The notes below the pieces were generated by a model, which worked only from the letters and a program-made list of their open reading frames with translations, searched no databases and was not told the DNA's origin. From NCBI GenBank assembly GCA_945865755.1, contig CAMBFS010000002.1, positions 355 to 64,354 of the forward strand: a stretch of 64,000 bases of DNA, read 5' to 3'. The translations under genes and the position numbers were made by a program. Shown here piece by piece: positions 59,089 to 64,000 of the stretch. Source of the stretch: Klebsiella pneumoniae (GTDB lineage Bacteria > Desulfobacterota > Binatia > Bin18). Positions within the stretch are counted from its first letter, which is position 1. The number at the start of each line of letters is the position of its first letter.

Positions 59089-59336
59089 GGCTGATGAGGT
59101 TTCTCAGTTGGTGAACGCTGCCGCTGCTCAAGTTCTGCGAGAGTCTTTGTAAGAAGTATGTCGTTCTGTTCCCATCGACCAAGGTACTTTTTAAGATTTT
59201 GATTGTAGTCGCTTATGCTGTCGCCCATTTCAAGATGAGAACATAGTAACTTTTTGAGATGTTGAATCTCGATAAAATTCAATAGGCAGAATCCCTTGAT
59301 GGATTCCAACAGGGACTTAAGTTCTCTATCTTCCAT
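59085..59336 (-). CDS. Small AT-rich hypothetical protein
   Basis: 83-aa helical-looking ORF starting MEDRELKSLLESIKG; no motif; stop codon lies inside the REP. Confidence 0.4.
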   Translation of the reverse strand: MEDRELKSLLESIKGFCLLNFIEIQHLKKLLCSHLEMGDSISDYNQNLKKYLGRWEQNDILLTKTLAELEQRQRSPTEKPHQP

Positions 59337-59422
59337 AGTGACTCCTAACATCCTCAGCAGTCTGGAACCGGGCTGCCGCGTTTCCGCATGCTGTGCAACA
59401 GCCCGGATCTCAGAGGTGTAAC

Positions 59423-59734
59423 TTACCGCCCGAACCGGTAGCTCGGAGACGACCAGCTTGGCGACTTGGGAGATGTATACCCCTGGGAGTTCGGGAACGA
59501 TTGGCTCGGATACTGCCGTGTCCCCCACTGTCCGGTGTAGGGATTCACATTGCCACGCGTGCTCCAATTGTTGGAGAAGTTGCCGTCCGGAGTGGAACGA
59601 TAGTGGGGCTGGACGTAGGTACCATCGCTACGAAAGTGGCCGTTGACAACCGTGTCAGCCAAGGCTGGGGAAGCAACTGTGAGTGAGAATATCCCCACCA
59701 TCACTGCTTTGCGTAACCTATCTGTTCTCTGCAT
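59423..59734 (-). CDS. Small secreted conserved hypothetical protein
   Basis: AAGGAGG SD; signal peptide; V.GH.RSDGTYVQPHYRS.PDG...NNWST.GN.NPYTG..GT, a widely conserved pattern. Confidence 0.88.
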   Translation of the reverse strand: MQRTDRLRKAVMVGIFSLTVASPALADTVVNGHFRSDGTYVQPHYRSTPDGNFSNNWSTRGNVNPYTGQWGTRQYPSQSFPNSQGYTSPKSPSWSSPSYRFGR

Positions 59735-59864
59735 GATCCGTCCTCCTTGTGGTTAATTTGCCCGTGTTTTGGGCTTCTACCGTAAAGAGACTCTTGACGC
59801 GGCCTTTTTTTCCCTGGTCGCGCGCTTTTTTTTGCAGAGGATTTCGCCTATGTAAGCGGGTACT

Positions 59865-60461
59865 GTGGAAGCGGAGATACGGGACCTGATCCAACGTGCA
59901 GCAGCGGGAGAGAGCCTGGCGTGGGAGACGCTTGTCAATCAGTACCGCCGCCTGGTGTGGGGTCTCTTGCACAAATTCGACAACCTCAGTCAGACAGAGA
60001 GGGAAGACCTCATTCAGGACGTGTTCGTCATTCTTCTTGATCGTGGGCTCCAGCACTTTCACGGCTCCACTGTGCCTGAGTTTCGGATGTATCTGAAAAC
60101 CATCACAGTGAATGAAGCCAAGAGTTACCTCCGACGACATAGCCGCCGCCTTGAAGTATTGGACCCCTTTCTTGCCAGTGAAGGGGAAGAGGAAGAGTCG
60201 CCTTCCCCTGGATCTCTTCTTGCCGATCCCGCGCCAGGACCAGAGGAGCTGGTGGCCAAGCAGGAACTGTTACAGGGGCTCCACCGTTGCTTGCGGGACA
60301 TTTCTACGCTCGACCAAGAGATATTTTGGATGCGCGAAAGAGGACGCTCCTATCAGGAGATCACCGAAGCCTTGGACCTTGCTCAGGGAACGGTGGCATC
60401 CAAATACCACCGAGCGAAGGCAAAGCTCGAAGAATGTTTGAGGAAAGCCGGGATTTTATGA
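59865..60461 (+). CDS. ECF sigma-70 factor
   Basis: AWE.LV..Y...V, EDLIQDVF (region 2), SYQEI...L.L..GTV.S..HRAK.KL (region 4). Confidence 0.93.
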   Translation: MEAEIRDLIQRAAAGESLAWETLVNQYRRLVWGLLHKFDNLSQTEREDLIQDVFVILLDRGLQHFHGSTVPEFRMYLKTITVNEAKSYLRRHSRRLEVLDPFLASEGEEEESPSPGSLLADPAPGPEELVAKQELLQGLHRCLRDISTLDQEIFWMRERGRSYQEITEALDLAQGTVASKYHRAKAKLEECLRKAGIL

Positions 60462-60512
60462 GGGCGAGGGAAAAAATGGGGAGCGTGAGGAGTCTGTATC
60501 AATGAGGAGTGT

Positions 60513-62150
60513 GTGACTGTGAAGGAGTTAGACAAGACTCTCCTGCGGCAGCTTAGCCGGTTGCAGGCCCCTGACTGCCCCTCTGTGGGCACGTTGGGAG
60601 ATTTTCTGGATGGGAAAGGCAGCGCGGAGGAGAAACACGCCTTGGAATCTCATCTGCGAGGCTGCCCCTCGTGCGTGAACCGTCTCATTGACTTGCGAGA
60701 GCTGGCTCGCCTGGAGCAGGAAGGAGAGGAGCCTCCCGTTGCTCTCATCAACGAGTTGAAGCGATTGGTGCCTGCTCGGGAGCCTGTAAAGGCATCGGCT
60801 CCACCAGCGGTGGATCGAGTCGTCGAAGCCCTCTCTGCAGCCTGGGCGGCAATGTGGCAGTGGGTCTCGCCACGTTTCATTGGCGAGATCATTGCAGCCT
60901 CGGCTGTTGCAGTCTTTATTCTTTTCCTCGGTCCAACCCTCTGGCGGCAGCAGCCTCCTGGCGCTCAAGGGGGGGGGGAGCAGATCAAAGCGGCCACGGA
61001 CCTTACTGCCCAGGAGCAACGTGTTCTGGCCTCTCTATCGCTGGCTCCTGCTGGACCAGACCCACTGCAAAAACAGCTTGTTTCTACCCTGGAGAAGTTA
61101 CCCAAGAACCTCTTATTAGAAGAGACTCGCGGAGCGACCAATGTGGAGGTGTACAAGAAAGCCGCTCCGGCCACCGTGCTGGTGGTGACGGACCAGAGCC
61201 TGGGCAGTGGCGCAGTTATCAGCGACCAGGGCGAGGTACTGACCAACTGGCATGTGATCCAGGGGGCCAGCCGGATGGCGGTCGTGTTCAAGCCGCGGAA
61301 GGGAGTGGAGATCAAAAAGGAGTTAGCCTTTGCTGCTACTCTCGTGAAGGTGGACCAGGTGGCTGACCTGGCATTGCTACAGATTCAAGCGCCGCCACAA
61401 AATGTGAGTGTCCTTCCCTTGGGGGAGATGACGGACCTTGAGGTCGGGCAAGATGTACATGCCATTGGCCATCCGGACGGTGAGGTGTGGACGTACACCA
61501 CGGGCATCGTTAGCCAGGTTCGGCCCAACTATCAGTGGACTGGAGCTGACAAACTGCTTCACCAAAGCAATGTGATCCAAACCCAGACCGCGCTGAATCC
61601 GGGTAACTCCGGTGGGCCGCTGCTCAATGATCGAGCGGAGATCATTGGGATCAATTCCTTTCGCGGAGAGGGCGAGGGGCTGAACTACGCTGTGGCGGTT
61701 GATGTAGTCAAAGCGTTCCTCCAGAGGACCGAGAGCCGGGCAGCCGCGCCGGTACCGAGTCCACGTGCCGCTTCGTATAGAACAGAACCCTATGGGACGA
61801 ACATTGTGGGAGTGTACATCAATGCGCGAGTGCCGCCTCCAGATGTATGGTTCGTGTATCAAGATTCTGGCAAGCAGCTTGCCTATTCTGCCAGGGGGAG
61901 CAGGACCCCGACGCAGATCGATACGGTCATTCAAGGGGCAGACTCAGAGTGGAAGTCCTTACTGTATTATTTTGATGCCGACTGTGACGGGCAGATCGAT
62001 TTGATCGGGTTTGATTCCAATGGAGATGGGACCATTGATCGCTATGACCTCCCGCGAGAGCCCTTTCCGCTTGCTAGTCTCGCGCCAGAGCTGACGCAGG
62101 CGCTCCAGCAAGGTACGATCCCCTACTCTCAGTTACGAATGTGCCAGTGA
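60513..62150 (+). CDS. Zinc-finger (ZAS) anti-sigma domain fused via a TM helix to a trypsin-like serine protease
   Basis: C...HLRGCPSC; TM IIAASAVAVFILFLG; TNWHV, DLALL, NPGNSGGPL catalytic triad; C-terminal D.D.DG repeats; no PDZ recognised. Confidence 0.9.
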   Translation: MTVKELDKTLLRQLSRLQAPDCPSVGTLGDFLDGKGSAEEKHALESHLRGCPSCVNRLIDLRELARLEQEGEEPPVALINELKRLVPAREPVKASAPPAVDRVVEALSAAWAAMWQWVSPRFIGEIIAASAVAVFILFLGPTLWRQQPPGAQGGGEQIKAATDLTAQEQRVLASLSLAPAGPDPLQKQLVSTLEKLPKNLLLEETRGATNVEVYKKAAPATVLVVTDQSLGSGAVISDQGEVLTNWHVIQGASRMAVVFKPRKGVEIKKELAFAATLVKVDQVADLALLQIQAPPQNVSVLPLGEMTDLEVGQDVHAIGHPDGEVWTYTTGIVSQVRPNYQWTGADKLLHQSNVIQTQTALNPGNSGGPLLNDRAEIIGINSFRGEGEGLNYAVAVDVVKAFLQRTESRAAAPVPSPRAASYRTEPYGTNIVGVYINARVPPPDVWFVYQDSGKQLAYSARGSRTPTQIDTVIQGADSEWKSLLYYFDADCDGQIDLIGFDSNGDGTIDRYDLPREPFPLASLAPELTQALQQGTIPYSQLRMCQ

Positions 62151-62167
62151 GGGAAGGAGGGTCAGTC

Positions 62168-64000
62168 ATGGGCCAGAAGGTCATTGCTGCTGCGGCCGTC
62201 TTGCTGACTCTCTTGCTTATGGTGAGCCCAGGAAGGGGGGAGACAGAGGATGTCGAGGAAGCCAAGCGACTACAGCAACAATTACTCCAACTCTACCAGC
62301 AGGGAAACTATGCTGAGGCAGCCCATCTCGGTGAAAGAGTCTTGGCGATCCTGGAAAAAGCCTTAGGTCCCGACCATCCTGATACCGCGACAGCCCTCAA
62401 CAACTTGGCACTCTTGTCCCAAAATATGGGAGAGTATGCCAAGGCACTGCCACTTCACCAACGAGCCTTAGCAATTCGAGAGAAGGTCTTAGGTCCGGAC
62501 CATCCTGATACCGCTGTAACTCTCAATAACTTGGCACTCTTGCACCAAAGCATGGGAGAGTATGCCCAGGCACTGCCGCTCTACCAGCGAGCCTTAGCAA
62601 TACAGGAGAAGATCTTAGGCCCGGACCATCTGGATACTGCGACCTCCTTCAACAACCTGGGAGGGCTGTATTACAGCATGGGGGACTACGCCCAGGCACT
62701 GCCACTTCATCAACGAGCCTTAGCAATCCGGGAGAAGGCCTTGGGCCCGGCCCATCCTGATACCGCGACAACCCTCGGCAAATTGGCGGCAGTGTTTTAC
62801 AGCATGGGCGACTACGCTAATGCCTTGCCGCTCTACCAGCGAGCCTTGGTGATTTGCGAGAAGACATCGGGGCCTAACCACCCCAACACTGCTACAGCCC
62901 TTAATAACTTGGCAGAATCGTATAAGAGCATGGGTGACTACGCTAAGGCACTGCCGCTCTACCAGCGAGCCTTAGCAATACGGGAGAAGGTCTTAGGTTC
63001 GGCCCATCCTGATACCGCGACAACCCTACATAACTTAGCATTCTTGTATAAGAGCATGGGCGACTACGCTAAGGCACTGCCGCTCCAGCAGCGGGCCTTG
63101 GTGATAATGGAGAAGGCTCCAGGCCCGGACCATCCTGATACCACGACAACCCTCAGCAACTTGGCGGCGTTGTATACGCTCATGGGCGACTACGCCAAGG
63201 CACTGCTGCTCCAGCAGCGGGCCTTGGTGATAATGGAGAAGGCTCCAGGTTCTAGCCATTCTAACATTGAGCTCGCCCTCAGCAACTTGGCGGAATTGTA
63301 TTACCGCATGGGGGACTACGCCAAGGCACTGCCACTTCATCAACGAGCCTTAGCAATCCGGGAGAAGGCTCTAGGCCCGGACCATCCCGACACCACGACA
63401 ACCCTCAGCAATTTAGCAACGTCGTATCTCGCTCTAGGAGAGTTCGCTCAGGCGCTACCTCTTCTTCAGAGAGCCTTAGCAGTTTTGGAGAAGGTCTTAG
63501 GTCCGAACCACCCCTACACCGCTACCATTCTCAGCAACCTAGCATTTGTGTATACCTTCATGGGGGACTACGCCCAGGCGCTTCGATTCTTTCAACGTGC
63601 ACTGACAGTAGAAGACCATACCTTCGCCAATGTGTTTTCTGTCGCCTCCGAAGAACAAAAGCTGCAGTTTGCGGAAAAATCCCAAGGGGCTTATCTCAGC
63701 ACCCTATGGCTTATCCGCAGCCATTTTCTGAGAGACACGTTGGCTATCCGCGTCGGCTTGGAATTAGTTTTACGCCGTAAGGGTATCGTGCTTGATGCTC
63801 AGTCACGTGCCCAGCAGACCTTGGCAGCTCATCTCGAAGGTAAGACTCTTCAATCATGGCAACGGTTGACGCAACACCGCAGTGCTCTTTCCCGGCTGCT
63901 GTTGGGTGGACCTGGGAAGCAAAGTCCTGAGGACTACAAGCGGAGGGTAGAAGAACTTCACGCGACCATCGCCCGCGAAGAGGAGTTTCTGGCCCAACAC
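62168..64000 (+). CDS. Secreted TPR-repeat protein with CHAT-type linker, truncated at window end
   Basis: Hand translation is open from ATG 62168 to 64000. Signal peptide; ten 42-aa units GPDHPDTA..LNNLA.LY..MG.Y..ALPL.QRAL.I.EK.L starting at 62366 with 126-bp period; then SEEQKLQF...VLRRKGIVLDA. Confidence 0.9.
   Translation, partial: MGQKVIAAAAVLLTLLLMVSPGRGETEDVEEAKRLQQQLLQLYQQGNYAEAAHLGERVLAILEKALGPDHPDTATALNNLALLSQNMGEYAKALPLHQRALAIREKVLGPDHPDTAVTLNNLALLHQSMGEYAQALPLYQRALAIQEKILGPDHLDTATSFNNLGGLYYSMGDYAQALPLHQRALAIREKALGPAHPDTATTLGKLAAVFYSMGDYANALPLYQRALVICEKTSGPNHPNTATALNNLAESYKSMGDYAKALPLYQRALAIREKVLGSAHPDTATTLHNLAFLYKSMGDYAKALPLQQRALVIMEKAPGPDHPDTTTTLSNLAALYTLMGDYAKALLLQQRALVIMEKAPGSSHSNIELALSNLAELYYRMGDYAKALPLHQRALAIREKALGPDHPDTTTTLSNLATSYLALGEFAQALPLLQRALAVLEKVLGPNHPYTATILSNLAFVYTFMGDYAQALRFFQRALTVEDHTFANVFSVASEEQKLQFAEKSQGAYLSTLWLIRSHFLRDTLAIRVGLELVLRRKGIVLDAQSRAQQTLAAHLEGKTLQSWQRLTQHRSALSRLLLGGPGKQSPEDYKRRVEELHATIAREEEFLAQH

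Noticed and set aside
62366-63625. Regular 126-bp repeats considered as a CRISPR array
   Set aside because: The repeats are coding TPR units with no unique spacers, and no cas genes are present.

Overview
Bacterial chromosomal window, GC-rich (about 60% by eye). The gene style fits a deltaproteobacterium-like lineage, possibly Candidatus Binatia (inference). The housekeeping backbone comprises pfkA, typA, rmd-gmd, PBP1A, tatBC, ffh-rpsP-khpA-rimM-trmD-SPOUT-rplS, ccmEFH-I-ABCD, and surA-pdxA-algC-like genes. Accessory modules are: (1) a TIGR04255-led three-gene, defence-like cassette; (2) a UGSC-family selenoprotein read through an in-frame TGA, with its partner gene; (3) a SpeD/DUF4178/small GGK-tailed protein/DUF350/membrane aminopropyltransferase/Tat-lipoprotein FAD oxidase cluster, interrupted by a PIN toxin-antitoxin (TA) pair; (4) a c-di-GMP-I riboswitch ahead of a secreted beta-propeller glycosidase-like gene; (5) an uncharacterised four-gene membrane operon (DUF6754-like); (6) an ECF sigma factor, a zinc anti-sigma fused to a trypsin-like protease, and a secreted TPR protein with a CHAT-type linker, truncated at the window end; (7) two unrelated secreted proteins that both end in PVELQxFxVE. 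Decay features are an amber-interrupted tandem gamma-carbonic anhydrase, a frameshifted higB, a carbamoyltransferase relic, an internally deleted IS630 and a nested MITE. Several REP-like families and short tandem repeats fill the intergenic spaces. I found no rRNA, tRNA, CRISPR array or prophage. Where the ORF track over-extended a gene, I moved the start codon by hand.
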